40,388 bases of DNA from Bacteroidales bacterium. Its GTDB lineage: Bacteria > Bacteroidota > Bacteroidia > Bacteroidales > UBA7960. The stretch is from positions 1 through 40,388 of the forward strand of contig SKTQ01000052.1 of assembly GCA_007122505.1 (NCBI GenBank), read 5' to 3'. This document shows, piece after piece, positions 1 to 10,912 of the stretch; the stretch's first letter is position 1, and every line of letters begins with the position of its first letter. The translations under genes were made by a program, and so were the position numbers. The notes beneath the pieces are model-generated. The model saw nothing but the letters and a program-made list of their open reading frames with translations, did not search any database and was not told the DNA's origin.

Positions 1-248
1 AGCGACATCAGTCCGGCATTCACGAAGCTCACCACCATAACCGTGGATGCAGAGGAGGACTGAACCAGCGTTGTGAGCAAAAATCCTGTCAGAACACCTG
101 CAAATCGATTGGAGGTCATCGCGGCAAGGATCGAACGCATCTTATCACCGGCGAACTTTTGAATGCCCTCACTCATCGTTTTCATCCCGAAAAGGAAAAG
201 GCTCAGAGAGCCAAACAGGGTGAGAAAATCGAAAAAGCTGAAATCCAT
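1..248 (-). CDS. Na/Pi cotransporter family protein, N-terminal 82 codons (gene continues past the left edge)
   Basis: Not in the ORF track because it runs off the edge. The minus-strand ATG is at 248-246. The translation MDFSFFDFLTLFGSLSLFLFGMKTMSEGIQKFAGDKMRSILAAMTSNRFAGVLTGFLLTTLVQSSSASTVMVVSFVNAGLMS stays open to base 1. The GMK.MSEG...QSSSA.TVM pattern is typical of the first repeat of Na/Pi-cotransporter II-related proteins. Confidence 0.8.
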   Translation of the reverse strand, partial: MDFSFFDFLTLFGSLSLFLFGMKTMSEGIQKFAGDKMRSILAAMTSNRFAGVLTGFLLTTLVQSSSASTVMVVSFVNAGLMS

Positions 249-268
249 AACACCGCAATTAGCTGTGG

Positions 269-276
269 CAAATTTA
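269..276 (-). promoter_or_regulatory. Bacteroidota -7 box (TAAATTTG on minus strand) upstream of the Na/Pi cotransporter gene
   Basis: Plus-strand caaattta is the reverse complement of TAAATTTG and matches TAnnTTTG. It lies about 20 nt upstream of the ATG at 248. Confidence 0.45.
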
Positions 277-290
277 ACACTAAATCTTTT

Positions 291-339
291 CGAAAACAGC
301 CAGATGCCCGAATATTTTTTTTAAGAAAACATCTAGCTG
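291..339 (-). terminator. Possible terminator hairpin downstream of the EEP-family gene
   Basis: On the minus strand CAGCUAGAUG (339-330) pairs with CAUCUGGCUG (306-297): 10 bp with one G-U, followed by UUUUCG. The 23-nt loop is long, so support is weak. Confidence 0.3.
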
Positions 340-356
340 TTAATCAGAGCTTTAAA

Positions 357-1652
357 CTACAGCACAATCAATCGCTGCACAACCGGTTTCATACCTTCCA
401 AACTGATCCTTACCAGGTATGTCCCAGGTTGGAGAAAAGAAATATTAACGGAAATTGGATAGGGTAATGTGTCAATGTTCAGTTCCATTCGGTCAACAAC
501 TACACCACGGGCATCAAAAACCTCAAGTTTTGCAGGACCTGTTTTGTCATCAAGAATGATTTCAAACTTTTCCCCGGGGATATTCACTGTAACAAATCCG
601 GGTGTGTTGTCCAAACCTGCCACACTACTTACAAAATCGGTAACTGCCAGCGATAGTTTTACGGGCAGATGGTCTGACATGTTGAATAAGGCGCTGATCA
701 CATCCGGAGGTTCGCTGTGATTGGGCGGAGTGATCAGTGACTGGTTAAAGCGTTGGCCATCCTGACCTATTGTTTTATAGGAATCGGTTACATAATGAAG
801 CCCCCGGGTGCCTTCCATGATGCTTTGCGTGACAATAATCTGATCGTAACGGTCATCCATTCCACCGGTTACAAAACAATCGTGCGAACCCACACGTGTG
901 CTTTGGGTGTGCCAGGGAGCCATATCAGGGTTGTTCCACCACACACCGGATTGACCAACCGGATCATAAAAACGGATTTCTTCATTGGGATGCCAGGTTA
1001 GCAGCTGATAGGCTTGTTCAAATGAGGAGTTCATATTGAAATCGCCCATGAATAATACATTTCCCCTGATTTCTTTTTGTTCTATGTAGCCCATCATGGA
1101 ACTTACCTCCTGCATTCGGGTTTGCTGATCGGAGGCACTACTACCGGCTTTCAGATGGGCAACCAGGATATGGATAAACAAGGTATCGGCACCCAAAGCA
1201 AGGCCGGGGTCATCATAATACAATGAATAGAGGTTTATATCACGCAATACGTTGGCGACAACCGCTTCATCATATAATTGAAACCTATTGGTATTATAAA
1301 AAAGCATATTAACCAGGTTCGACCCGGTGGTATTGGTAAAGGTGGCATGGGCGTAATGGGTCCGGCCGTTTGTATTCATTACATTATTCAGAATTCTCTG
1401 GGCGAGCGCGGCATTGGGCCCCATTTCATTGACAGCAAAAATATCGGGCAGGGTATGGTCAATAATGGTTTTGAGGTAGCCATCCTTATCATCCACATTG
1501 TTGTTGACCGGCGTACAGAATGATGTGTAATGGCCATAGAACAACAGATTGTAAACCATCACCGAAATGGTATCCGTCGGCGCAGCAACAAGCATTCGGC
1601 TGACTATCAAAAAGATAGCCGAAAAGAGGATTTTTTTGCGCAATATATTCAT
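357..1652 (-). CDS. Endonuclease/exonuclease/phosphatase (EEP) family protein with N-terminal signal peptide and T9SS C-terminal sorting domain
   Basis: 431-aa ORF. It has a hydrophobic N-terminus (ILFSAIFLIVSRMLVAAP) and EEP-like blocks (VMVYNLL, FAVNEM, GDFN, SDHLPV). The C-terminal ~80 aa (KLEVFDARG...GTYLVRISLEG...QRLIVL) resembles the Por/T9SS secretion CTD. Confidence 0.8.
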   Translation of the reverse strand: MNILRKKILFSAIFLIVSRMLVAAPTDTISVMVYNLLFYGHYTSFCTPVNNNVDDKDGYLKTIIDHTLPDIFAVNEMGPNAALAQRILNNVMNTNGRTHYAHATFTNTTGSNLVNMLFYNTNRFQLYDEAVVANVLRDINLYSLYYDDPGLALGADTLFIHILVAHLKAGSSASDQQTRMQEVSSMMGYIEQKEIRGNVLFMGDFNMNSSFEQAYQLLTWHPNEEIRFYDPVGQSGVWWNNPDMAPWHTQSTRVGSHDCFVTGGMDDRYDQIIVTQSIMEGTRGLHYVTDSYKTIGQDGQRFNQSLITPPNHSEPPDVISALFNMSDHLPVKLSLAVTDFVSSVAGLDNTPGFVTVNIPGEKFEIILDDKTGPAKLEVFDARGVVVDRMELNIDTLPYPISVNISFLQPGTYLVRISLEGMKPVVQRLIVL

Positions 1653-1781
1653 TGAAAGGAGATCAGATAGTATTATGGGAGGTAGTTTTTTACAACCCGG
1701 AGGCTGCTTAGGGGGTGCATTACAAATCCAATTATTGACAAATGCGTTATTATCTTTTTGACGATGGTTTTGAAATGGATA

Positions 1782-1827
1782 CCTCCCGCCCGAAAGCCAT
1801 TTTTAAACGGATTTTCCGGGCAGGAGG
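1782..1827 (-). terminator. Hairpin downstream of eno (possible terminator)
   Basis: On the minus strand CCUCCUGCCCG (1827-1817) pairs with CGGGCGGGAGG (1792-1782): 11 bp including one G-U, with a 24-nt loop. It starts 22 nt after the eno stop. There is no strong U-tract. Confidence 0.35.
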
Positions 1828-1848
1828 TCAGTTATACAACAGACAATA

Positions 1849-3198
<1,350 letters not shown>

Positions 3199-3203
3199 TC
3201 ACA

Positions 3204-3240
3204 TAAAAAAAGGATAAAGCCTGCAATGACACTTTATCCT
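3204..3240 (-). terminator. Rho-independent terminator after rplQ (end of the ribosomal supercluster)
   Basis: On the minus strand AGGAUAAAG (3240-3232) pairs with CUUUAUCCU (3219-3211): a perfect 9-bp stem with a 12-nt loop, followed by UUUUUU(A). It lies 27 nt downstream of the rplQ stop. Confidence 0.6.
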
Positions 3241-3266
3241 TCAAAGTAATATTTGATTGAGAAACT

Positions 3267-4163
3267 TTACTTATCTGCCGGCTTGTCTGATTCAGCGTCT
3301 TTTTCAGAATCATCACCGGGTTCTGTATCTTTTTCCTCTGTTGGTTCTTCATTCTCAGCCTTTTCTGCCACCGGCTTTTCCGCTTTTATTTCTTCTGCTC
3401 CGGTTTCAGGCTCTTTTTCTTCTGCCTCAACCTCTTTGGTTTCCGTTTCGGGCTCTTTTTCTTCTGCCTTAACCTCTTTGGCTTCCGTTTCGGGAACCTT
3501 CACTTCATCCTGATCAGCAATGGTTTCAGCAGCAGTATCTTTAACTTGCTCTATGGCTTTTTCTTCTGTTGCTTCGATGGTTTCAGCTTTTCCCTCAACC
3601 GGCGTTTCAACTACCGGCGTTTCTTCTACGGCAGCGGTTTGTTCTTCTGTTTCCGGAACTGTGCTTTCTTCAACCTTTGTTTCAGCCGGTTTTTCCTTGC
3701 CGGTGGTAGTCTGTGCAGCAGGTGCTGCCTCATCTTTTTTACCACGTCTGCGGCCTCTCCTGGTACGTTTCTGCTGCGTTTCCTCTGCAGTTTCCAGCAT
3801 GGCGGTGTTATAATCCACAAGCTCGATGAAGCACATTTCAGCTCCGTCTCCTTTGCGAAAGCCGGTTTTCAGTATCCGGGTATATCCACCGGGACGGTCT
3901 GCCACTTTTTGTGCCACCTCACGGAACAATTCGCTCACGGCATACTTATTTTTCAGGTATGAAAAGACCATACGGCGAGAGTGTGTTGAGTCCTCCTTAG
4001 AACGTGTAATGAGGGGCTCAACATACACACGCAGTGCTTTTGCTTTTGCTACAGTGGTATTGATTCGTTTGTGCAGGATCAGGGCAGTGGCCATGCTCGA
4101 CATCGTTTCTTTCCGGTGGGCTGCCTTCCTTCCTAAACTGTTGATTTTATTCCTGTGTCTCAT
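3267..4163 (-). CDS. rplQ: 50S ribosomal protein L17 with a long acidic low-complexity C-terminal extension
   Basis: The N-terminal ~118 aa ([45 protein letters not shown]...[15 protein letters not shown]) is canonical L17. The remaining ~180 aa are rich in E, K, T, A and P. Confidence 0.95.
   Translation of the reverse strand: MRHRNKINSLGRKAAHRKETMSSMATALILHKRINTTVAKAKALRVYVEPLITRSKEDSTHSRRMVFSYLKNKYAVSELFREVAQKVADRPGGYTRILKTGFRKGDGAEMCFIELVDYNTAMLETAEETQQKRTRRGRRRGKKDEAAPAAQTTTGKEKPAETKVEESTVPETEEQTAAVEETPVVETPVEGKAETIEATEEKAIEQVKDTAAETIADQDEVKVPETEAKEVKAEEKEPETETKEVEAEEKEPETGAEEIKAEKPVAEKAENEEPTEEKDTEPGDDSEKDAESDKPADK
3409..3492. repeat. Tandem 2 x 42-bp direct repeat inside the rplQ tail
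   Basis: Unit 3409-3450 and unit 3451-3492 differ at 2 of 42 positions (ctcaacc/cttaacc and ggtttcc/ggcttcc). They encode [14 protein letters not shown] / [14 protein letters not shown]. Confidence 0.9.
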
Positions 4164-4168
4164 TTCAG

Positions 4169-5161
4169 TTATTCCTTATCTAATTTGTACTTCGAAAGGT
4201 TCATTCCAAAGCTTAGGTTCTTCGATTTAATCAGTTCTTCCAGCTCAGTGAGCGATTTTTTTCCAAAATTCCTGAATTTCAGCAAGTCATGTTTATTGAG
4301 TGCTACCAAGTCTGCCAATGTATCCACATCTGCGGCTTTCAGGCAGTTTAAGGCCCTAACTGACAGGTCAAGATCTACCAGTTTGGTTTTCAGGAGTTGG
4401 CGCATATGTAATGAGTTTTCGTCAAACTCTTCACTGGTGGCTTTTTCCTGTGTGTCCACGGTAATCTTCTCATTGGAGAAAAGCATGAAGTGCATAATCA
4501 GGATACGGGCTGCTTCCTTCAGTGCCTCTTTTGGTGTGATGGATCCGTCAGTAAGGATTTCCATGGTCAGCTTTTCGTAGTCGGTTTTTTGCTCTACACG
4601 ATAGTCATCGACCTTATAGGTCACATTTTTAATGGGTGTAAAGATAGAATCCACAGCGATCACACCGATTGCGGGATTCAATCCTTTATTCTCTTCGGCG
4701 GGCACATATCCACGACCTTTATCAATGGTAAACTCGATGGAAAGTTTAACGCCGGGCTCCATGTTGCAGATTACAACTTCAGGATTAAGCACCTTGAAGT
4801 TAGCGATCACATCGTTGAGGTCTCCAGCCAGAAATTGTTCTTTTCCGTTTAAGGTTATAGAAAACTTTTCTGATTCAGCATCTTCTGACAAGCTTTTGAA
4901 TCGGATCTGTTTCAGGTTGAGGATGATTTCGGTAACATCCTCCACTACTCCCTTAATGGTGGAAAATTCATGCTCCACTCCCTCAATTTTCACGGAGGTA
5001 ATGGCAAAACCTTCAAGGGATGAAAGCAGGATTCTTCTGAGCGCATTGCCAATTGTAATACCATAGCCCGGTTCCAACGGCCTGAATTCAAATTTACCCA
5101 GACGGTCGTCGGATTCCAGCATGATTACTTTATCCGGTTTTTGAAAAGCTAAGATTGCCAT
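4169..5161 (-). CDS. rpoA: DNA-directed RNA polymerase subunit alpha
   Basis: 330 aa. It has an RpoA N-terminal domain ([17 protein letters not shown]) and a C-terminal domain ([23 protein letters not shown]), and sits in the expected position between rpsD and rplQ. Confidence 0.97.
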   Translation of the reverse strand: MAILAFQKPDKVIMLESDDRLGKFEFRPLEPGYGITIGNALRRILLSSLEGFAITSVKIEGVEHEFSTIKGVVEDVTEIILNLKQIRFKSLSEDAESEKFSITLNGKEQFLAGDLNDVIANFKVLNPEVVICNMEPGVKLSIEFTIDKGRGYVPAEENKGLNPAIGVIAVDSIFTPIKNVTYKVDDYRVEQKTDYEKLTMEILTDGSITPKEALKEAARILIMHFMLFSNEKITVDTQEKATSEEFDENSLHMRQLLKTKLVDLDLSVRALNCLKAADVDTLADLVALNKHDLLKFRNFGKKSLTELEELIKSKNLSFGMNLSKYKLDKE

Positions 5162-5192
5162 TGGTATATTTTTTTGATGAAAAAAGCGAACA

Positions 5193-5798
5193 TTACTTGG
5201 AATATAATTCCACGATGAGTTGTTCTTTGATGGTTTCCGGGATCAATTCCCTTTCGGGATAGTTAAGCAGTTTGCCTTTTTTCATATCCTGGTCCCATTC
5301 AAGCCAGCTGTATGCGCTGCTGCGTGATGCAAGGGCGTCAAGGATCGCTTCAAGGCTTTTGGATTTTTCACGCACACCGACAATATCTCCGGGCCGGAGG
5401 GTATAAGAGGGAATGTTTACCACTTTGTCGTTCACGGTGATATGCTTGTGGCTTACAAGCTGTCTGGCTGCTCTCCTGGTGGGAGCAATTCCCAGCCTGT
5501 AAACCACATTGTCGAGACGTGCTTCCAGCAGTTGCAGCAAGATCTCACCGGTAATCCCCTTTTTTCGCACAGCTTTTTTAAACAGGTTAGAAAACTGTTT
5601 TTCAAGCAAACCGTAGGTATATTTGGCTTTTTGCTTCTCAAGAAGCTGAACACCATACTCCGATTTCTTTCTCCGCTTCTTCATCTGACCGTGCTGTCCG
5701 GGCGGATAATTCTTTTTTTCAAATGCTCTGTCGGGTCCGAAAATGGGATCTCCAAACTTACGGGCAATCTTGGTTGTTGGGCCTGTATATCGTGCCAT
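5193..5798 (-). CDS. rpsD: 30S ribosomal protein S4
   Basis: [21 protein letters not shown]...; 201 aa; S4 domain; operon position. Confidence 0.96.
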   Translation of the reverse strand: MARYTGPTTKIARKFGDPIFGPDRAFEKKNYPPGQHGQMKKRRKKSEYGVQLLEKQKAKYTYGLLEKQFSNLFKKAVRKKGITGEILLQLLEARLDNVVYRLGIAPTRRAARQLVSHKHITVNDKVVNIPSYTLRPGDIVGVREKSKSLEAILDALASRSSAYSWLEWDQDMKKGKLLNYPERELIPETIKEQLIVELYSK

Positions 5799-5843
5799 AT
5801 GATTTTATTGATTCATTGATGTTTTATAATTGGGAATATCTGA

Positions 5844-6242
5844 TTATACCCTTCTTCTTTTTGGTGGACGGCAGCCGTTGTGGGGCAAGGGTGTAACGTC
5901 GACGATTTCTGTTACTTCCAAACCGGCCGAATGGAGTGTACGAATGGCCGACTCCCTGCCGGAGCCCGGACCTTTCACATACACTTTGATCTTTCTCATA
6001 CCCAGATCATATGCCACTTTGGCGGCATCACCGGCAGCCATTTGGCCGGCATAGGGTGTATTTTTTTTGGACCCTCTGAAACCCATTTTTCCGGCCGAAG
6101 ACCAGGAAACAACCTGTCCCTGCTGATTGGCCAGGGTAATGATGATATTGTTGAAAGAAGCAAAAATATGTGCCTGGCCTAAAGGCTCAACTTTTACCAC
6201 TCTTTTTTTGGCACTCCTGGTGCCTTTGGTTGACTTTGCCAT
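5844..6242 (-). CDS. rpsK: 30S ribosomal protein S11
   Basis: [21 protein letters not shown]...TPYAGQMAA...[13 protein letters not shown]; 132 aa. Confidence 0.96.
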   Translation of the reverse strand: MAKSTKGTRSAKKRVVKVEPLGQAHIFASFNNIIITLANQQGQVVSWSSAGKMGFRGSKKNTPYAGQMAAGDAAKVAYDLGMRKIKVYVKGPGSGRESAIRTLHSAGLEVTEIVDVTPLPHNGCRPPKRRRV

Positions 6243-6352
6243 AATGTTTTTACGTTATTCTACTGATCAAGCGGTTTTTTCAACCCACTTCAAAAAAATC
6301 TAAATAAAAAGAAATTGCATGCGCCGTTGCATGTATAAACAAACAAGGAATT

Positions 6353-6733
6353 TTAGCCTTTGGTTGCCTTTTTCTTATTGGCAACAGTTTTCTTTTTACC
6401 CTTCCTGGTACGTGCATTGTTTTTGGTTTTCTGACCACGCAGGGGCAAACCGATACGATGACGGATACCGCGGTAGCAACCGATGTCCATCAGTCGTTTG
6501 ATGTTCATCTGAACCTCCGACCTGAGTGAACCCTCAACCTTGTATTCATCATTGATAATGTTACGTACCTTGGTTAATTCCTGGTCGTCCCAGTCATCAA
6601 CCTTTTTGTTGGGGTCGATACCGGCAGACTCTAAGATTTTGATAGCGTTGCTTTGCCCGATACCGTAAATGTAAGTGAGGCTTATTGCTCCTCTTTTGTT
6701 TCTAGGAATATCAATTCCAGCTATACGTGCCAT
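6353..6733 (-). CDS. rpsM: 30S ribosomal protein S13
   Basis: [26 protein letters not shown]...; 126 aa. Confidence 0.96.
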   Translation of the reverse strand: MARIAGIDIPRNKRGAISLTYIYGIGQSNAIKILESAGIDPNKKVDDWDDQELTKVRNIINDEYKVEGSLRSEVQMNIKRLMDIGCYRGIRHRIGLPLRGQKTKNNARTRKGKKKTVANKKKATKG

Positions 6734-6759
6734 ATGATGTCCTTCTTATTTTGTTAATT

Positions 6760-6876
6760 TTATCCCTGACGTTGTTTGAAACGGGGATTTTTCTTGTTGA
6801 TTACATAAATCTTGCCCTTTCTGCGTACGATCTTACACTCGGGGCTTCTTTTCTTAACCGACACTCTGACTTTCAT
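6760..6876 (-). CDS. rpmJ: 50S ribosomal protein L36
   Basis: Hand-translated because it is below the ORF-track size cutoff: [38 protein letters not shown], then TAA. It sits in the expected slot between infA and rpsM. Confidence 0.9.
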   Translation of the reverse strand: MKVRVSVKKRSPECKIVRRKGKIYVINKKNPRFKQRQG

Positions 6877-6901
6877 TGGTCTGCATTTAATTGTTTTGCA
6901 A

Positions 6902-7120
6902 CTATTTGTATCTGAACGTAATTCGGCCCTTTGTCAGGTCATAGGGTGACATTTCAACTTTGACCTTATCACCGGGAAGGATTTTGATATAATGCATGCG
7001 CATTTTACCGGAAATATGGGCAGTAATAATGTGCCCGTTTTCCAGTTCCACCCGGAACATCGCGTTTCCCAGTGATTCGGTAACGACACCATCTTGCTGT
7101 ATGGATGCTTGTTTTGCCAT
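6902..7120 (-). CDS. infA: Translation initiation factor IF-1
   Basis: 72 aa; [30 protein letters not shown]...GRITFRYK. Confidence 0.96.
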   Translation of the reverse strand: MAKQASIQQDGVVTESLGNAMFRVELENGHIITAHISGKMRMHYIKILPGDKVKVEMSPYDLTKGRITFRYK

Positions 7121-7125
7121 GTGAC

Positions 7126-7935
7126 CTATCCAATGATGACAGAATTGTATTTGTTGTTCTTTAAAGATTCTTCAATAAAAGCGAAAGTTGACAGTACTTC
7201 GGGTTTACCGTTCAAGACGGCAACTGTATGTTCATAATGGCCCGATGGTTTCCGGTCGGTTGTACGTATGGTCCAGCCATCCTTTTCCTGCACCACAAAA
7301 CGTTTACCCATATTAATCATTGGTTCGAGGGCAACAACCAGGCCATTTTTTATGGCTTCTCCTTTGCCTTTTCTTCCGAAGTTGGGTAACTCGGGTGGTT
7401 CATGTAATTTCCGTCCGAGGCCGTGACCAACCAATTCCCTGACAACCGAATAACCTGCTTTTTCTGCATGGTTTTGAACTGCCCAGGAAACATCGCCGAG
7501 GGTATTGCCTTCTACCAGCTGTTCAATCCCTATCATCAGACATTGAAAGGTTGTTTTGAGCAATCTCTTTTTCTCAGGGCTGATCTCTCCAACGGCAAAT
7601 GTATAGGCAGAATCACCGTAATATCCGTTTTTCAGCACCCCACAATCAATAGAGAGGATATCACCTTCCTGAAGCGGTTCATTTTTGGGGAAACCATGCA
7701 CAACCACCTCATTGGGAGAGATGCAGAGGGTATATGGAAACCCGTGGTATCCTTTAAACCCCGGTACAGCGCCATGATCCCTGATGAAGGTTTCAGCTAT
7801 CCGGTCCAGCTCCATTGACGTAATCCCGGGCCTTATATGTTTGGCCAGCTCGCCATGGGTCTTTGCAACAAGTAAAGAACTTTCGCGTATTAATTCAATT
7901 TCTTCAATGGTTTTCAGTTGAATCATCACTGACAA
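7126..7935 (-). CDS. map: Type I methionine aminopeptidase
   Basis: 269 aa with MetAP metal-ligand context (DCGV..GYYGDSA, VGHGLG, LEPMIN, EHTV). The start could instead be the ATG at 7926 (MIQLKT...). Confidence 0.94.
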   Translation of the reverse strand: MSVMIQLKTIEEIELIRESSLLVAKTHGELAKHIRPGITSMELDRIAETFIRDHGAVPGFKGYHGFPYTLCISPNEVVVHGFPKNEPLQEGDILSIDCGVLKNGYYGDSAYTFAVGEISPEKKRLLKTTFQCLMIGIEQLVEGNTLGDVSWAVQNHAEKAGYSVVRELVGHGLGRKLHEPPELPNFGRKGKGEAIKNGLVVALEPMINMGKRFVVQEKDGWTIRTTDRKPSGHYEHTVAVLNGKPEVLSTFAFIEESLKNNKYNSVIIG

Positions 7936-7938
7936 TCA

Positions 7939-9300
7939 TTATCCTGTCATGCCCATGGGTGAGGAACGACCCTTGATACGGCCTGACTTGGTAAGACCAT
8001 CGTAATGACGCATCAGCAGGTGACTTTCAATCTGCTGAAGTGTGTCCAGCACAACGCCCACCATAATAAGGAGCGAGGTACCTCCGAAAAACTGTGCAAA
8101 CTGGCCGGTAACGCCCATCAGGCTGACCAGTGCGGGCATAATCGCAACAAACGCCAGGAACAAAGATCCGGGCAGTGTAATGCGCGACATGACGTTATCA
8201 ATAAATTCGGCTGTTCGTTTACCGGGTTTTACACCGGGAATGAACCCACCGTTTTTCTTCATATCTTCGGCCATCTGATTTGGGTTCACCGTAATGGCCG
8301 TGTAGAAGTATGTAAACAGAATAATCAGCACAGCAAAGGTAAAATTATACCAGAAGCCTGTAAAATCGGACATTGTTGCGGCAAATCCGCCTAAGGCTTC
8401 AGAGAACCCGGCCAAAGTGATTGGGATAAACATGATAGCCTGGGCAAAAATGATGGGCATAACCCCGGCTGCATTTACTTTCAGCGGTATATACTGCCGT
8501 TGTCCGCCATATTGCCTGGTACCTACCACACGTTTTGCAAACTGTACGGGAATTCGTCTCTGACCCTGAACCAGCAGGATAACCAATACCACAACGGCCA
8601 TCAAAACGACCAGTTCCACAAGGAATACTACTGGTCCTCCCCCACCTGCTTCTTCGATTCTGGCAATAAATTCTGCCATCAGGGCAAAAGGCAATTGTGC
8701 AATAATCCCTACCATAATAATCAGGGATATACCGTTTCCGATTCCCCGTTCCGTTATTCGTTCACCCAGCCACATCACGAACATGGTTCCCGATATGAGT
8801 ATGATCACAGACGAGATCATAAAATAGAGGGAAGGGCTGGCCGCTCCCGGGTCAAAGGGCGATATCGCTTCGGGTGGCAGCTGTGCCACCAGGTTTCCAA
8901 GGTATGCAGGTGCTTGTGCGGCAGTGATAAAGACGGTCAGATAACGCGTGATCTGGTTTATCTTCTTTCGTCCGCTTTCGCCTTCTTTTTGTAACCGCTG
9001 GAAATACGGAACGGCGACGCTCATCAGCTGAATCACAATTGACGCACTAATATAGGGCATGATACCCAGTGCAAAAATGGATGCATTTGAGAAGGCACCA
9101 CCAGAGAACATGTTCAGGAGCCCGAGGAGCCCATCCTGTGTTTGTGCCTGCAGAGCCTGTAATTGATGGGGGTCGACCCCCGGGAGCACTACATAAGAAC
9201 CCAGGCGATAGATCAGGATAATACCCAAAGTATTGATTATCCTGATTCGCAGGTCTTCAATATTGTAGATGTTGATTAAGGTTTGAATAAATCGTTTCAT
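7939..9300 (-). CDS. secY: Preprotein translocase subunit SecY
   Basis: 453 aa, polytopic membrane protein, canonical SecY blocks (FALGIMPYISASIVIQL, GERITERGIGNGISLII), operon position after rplO. Confidence 0.96.
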   Translation of the reverse strand: MKRFIQTLINIYNIEDLRIRIINTLGIILIYRLGSYVVLPGVDPHQLQALQAQTQDGLLGLLNMFSGGAFSNASIFALGIMPYISASIVIQLMSVAVPYFQRLQKEGESGRKKINQITRYLTVFITAAQAPAYLGNLVAQLPPEAISPFDPGAASPSLYFMISSVIILISGTMFVMWLGERITERGIGNGISLIIMVGIIAQLPFALMAEFIARIEEAGGGGPVVFLVELVVLMAVVVLVILLVQGQRRIPVQFAKRVVGTRQYGGQRQYIPLKVNAAGVMPIIFAQAIMFIPITLAGFSEALGGFAATMSDFTGFWYNFTFAVLIILFTYFYTAITVNPNQMAEDMKKNGGFIPGVKPGKRTAEFIDNVMSRITLPGSLFLAFVAIMPALVSLMGVTGQFAQFFGGTSLLIMVGVVLDTLQQIESHLLMRHYDGLTKSGRIKGRSSPMGMTG

Positions 9301-9309
9301 TCCTGAGTT

Positions 9310-9756
9310 TTATATCCGGTTAACAGTTCCTCCGTTTGCTTCGATTGCTTTCACGGCAGTTTCTGAGAAAGCATGGGCGGTTACGGAAATTTTTGCCGTC
9401 AGGGTACCTCTTCCCAAAATTTTGACCAGTTCATTTTTTGACACAAGGCCATTGCTGATCAGTACATCCGGATCAATGGCATCGAGACCTTTTTTGTCAA
9501 CAAGTACCTGAATCACATCCAGGTTGATTGCTTGATATTCGACCCGGTTGAAGTTTTTGAAACCGTATTTTGGCACACGCCTTGCGAGGGGCATCTGGCC
9601 ACCTTCAAAACCGGCTTTTCTGCTGTATCCCGAGCGCGATTTTGCACCTTTGTGGCCTTTGGTGGCAGTATCACCTGCACCGGACCCTTCTCCGCGGCCA
9701 ATTCTTTTTTTGGTTCGGTGGGATCCTTTTACCGGTTTGAGATTACTTAAATCCAT
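9310..9756 (-). CDS. rplO: 50S ribosomal protein L15
   Basis: 148 aa; KRIGRGEGSGAGDTATKGHKGAKSRSG. Confidence 0.95.
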   Translation of the reverse strand: MDLSNLKPVKGSHRTKKRIGRGEGSGAGDTATKGHKGAKSRSGYSRKAGFEGGQMPLARRVPKYGFKNFNRVEYQAINLDVIQVLVDKKGLDAIDPDVLISNGLVSKNELVKILGRGTLTAKISVTAHAFSETAVKAIEANGGTVNRI

Positions 9757-9792
9757 TATATTACAAATTTAAAGATATTGAACAAAACCAAA

Positions 9793-9978
9793 TTATTCCT
9801 GCACTTCTTCAACAGAGAGAAGGTGTTTTACCTTTTTGATCATGCCTTCCACCTGGGGTGTCCCCACAACCACTCTTGGCCGGTTCATCCGTGTAATACC
9901 CAGTGCATCCAATGTTTTCTTTTGATCAGCAGGTCTTCCTATTCTGCTTCTTATTTGCGCAATTTTGTACTTTTTCAT
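9793..9978 (-). CDS. rpmD: 50S ribosomal protein L30
   Basis: 61 aa; KIAQIRSRIGRPADQKKTLDALGI; position between rpsE and rplO. Confidence 0.93.
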   Translation of the reverse strand: MKKYKIAQIRSRIGRPADQKKTLDALGITRMNRPRVVVGTPQVEGMIKKVKHLLSVEEVQE

Positions 9979-9997
9979 TTCCGGTATTTTTGTCTGA

Positions 9998-10516
9998 TTA
10001 CCCGTTAAATACTTTCTCTACACTTACGCCACGCTGTTGCGCAACAGCGAATGGATCCCTGAGTTTTGTCAGGGCGTCGATGGTTGCTTTTACAACACTA
10101 TGGGGGTTTGAGGAGCCTTTGGATTTAGCCAGAACGTCGGTAACGCCAACGCTTTCAAGAACTGCACGCATGGCACCGCCTGCAATAACACCTGTACCGT
10201 GAGCGGCAGGTTTTATAAGCACTCTTGCACCACTGTATTTTCCTTCCTGTGCGTGTGGAATTGTACCTTTAAATACAGGTACTTTGATCAGGTGTTTCTT
10301 GGCGTCATCGATACCTTTGCTGATGGCGGTGGTTACTTCTTTGGCTTTACCAAGGCCGTATCCCACTACACCGTTTTCATTACCAACAACGACAATAGCC
10401 GAAAAGCTAAATGTACGGCCACCCTTTGTTACCTTGGTAACCCGCTGGATGCTAACAAGCCTGTCTTTAAATTCGATTTCGCTCGACTTAACCTTTTTGA
10501 TATTTACGTTTGCCAT
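9998..10516 (-). CDS. rpsE: 30S ribosomal protein S5
   Basis: 172 aa; [37 protein letters not shown]. Confidence 0.96.
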   Translation of the reverse strand: MANVNIKKVKSSEIEFKDRLVSIQRVTKVTKGGRTFSFSAIVVVGNENGVVGYGLGKAKEVTTAISKGIDDAKKHLIKVPVFKGTIPHAQEGKYSGARVLIKPAAHGTGVIAGGAMRAVLESVGVTDVLAKSKGSSNPHSVVKATIDALTKLRDPFAVAQQRGVSVEKVFNG

Positions 10517-10520
10517 AGTC

Positions 10521-10880
10521 TTAAAATTTTAAGCCTCCTTCTCTAGCTCCTTCAGCCAATGATTTGATTCTTCCATGGTAGAGATAACCATTGCGGTCGA
10601 AAACAATATTTTCAATGCCGGCCTCTTTGGCACGTTCGGCAATCAATTTCCCTACTTCACGGGCCTTCTCCGTTTTGGTCATCTTCTTTTCCGCGATGTC
10701 CTTCAGCTGCGATGAAGCAGCTGCCAGCGTTTTCCCATCAAGGTCATCAATGATCTGGGCGTATATCGCCTTGTTGCTTCTGAACACAGACAACCTGGGT
10801 TTTTCTGCATTACCGCGGATTTTTTTCCTCACGCGGTATTTTATCCTTGTCCTTCTGTCGAGTTTCTTTTTTGTTGCCAT
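10521..10880 (-). CDS. rplR: 50S ribosomal protein L18
   Basis: 119 aa; [19 protein letters not shown]...[27 protein letters not shown]. Confidence 0.96.
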   Translation of the reverse strand: MATKKKLDRRTRIKYRVRKKIRGNAEKPRLSVFRSNKAIYAQIIDDLDGKTLAAASSQLKDIAEKKMTKTEKAREVGKLIAERAKEAGIENIVFDRNGYLYHGRIKSLAEGAREGGLKF

Positions 10881-10912
10881 CCTGATAAAGGAATTATTTT
10901 TTTGAATTACGA

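Noticed and set aside
159-467. 102-aa plus-strand ORF spanning the Na/Pi gene start, the intergenic region and the EEP gene end
   Set aside because: It overlaps two better-supported minus-strand genes and crosses their intergenic promoter and terminator region.
3253-3813. Ser/Phe-rich plus-strand ORFs (3253-3513, 3520-3813, 3546-3962)
   Set aside because: They are reverse-complement readings of the Glu/Lys-rich L17 tail (GAA/GAG read as TTC/CTC), so they are a compositional artefact.
6760-6876. L36 with a single Cys, and the long S14 (11913-12182) lacking CxxC pairs, as a possible zinc-sparing adaptation
   Set aside because: As far as I recall, these non-zinc (C-minus) forms are the normal versions in Bacteroidota. 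There is no paralogue pair or Zur context in the window.
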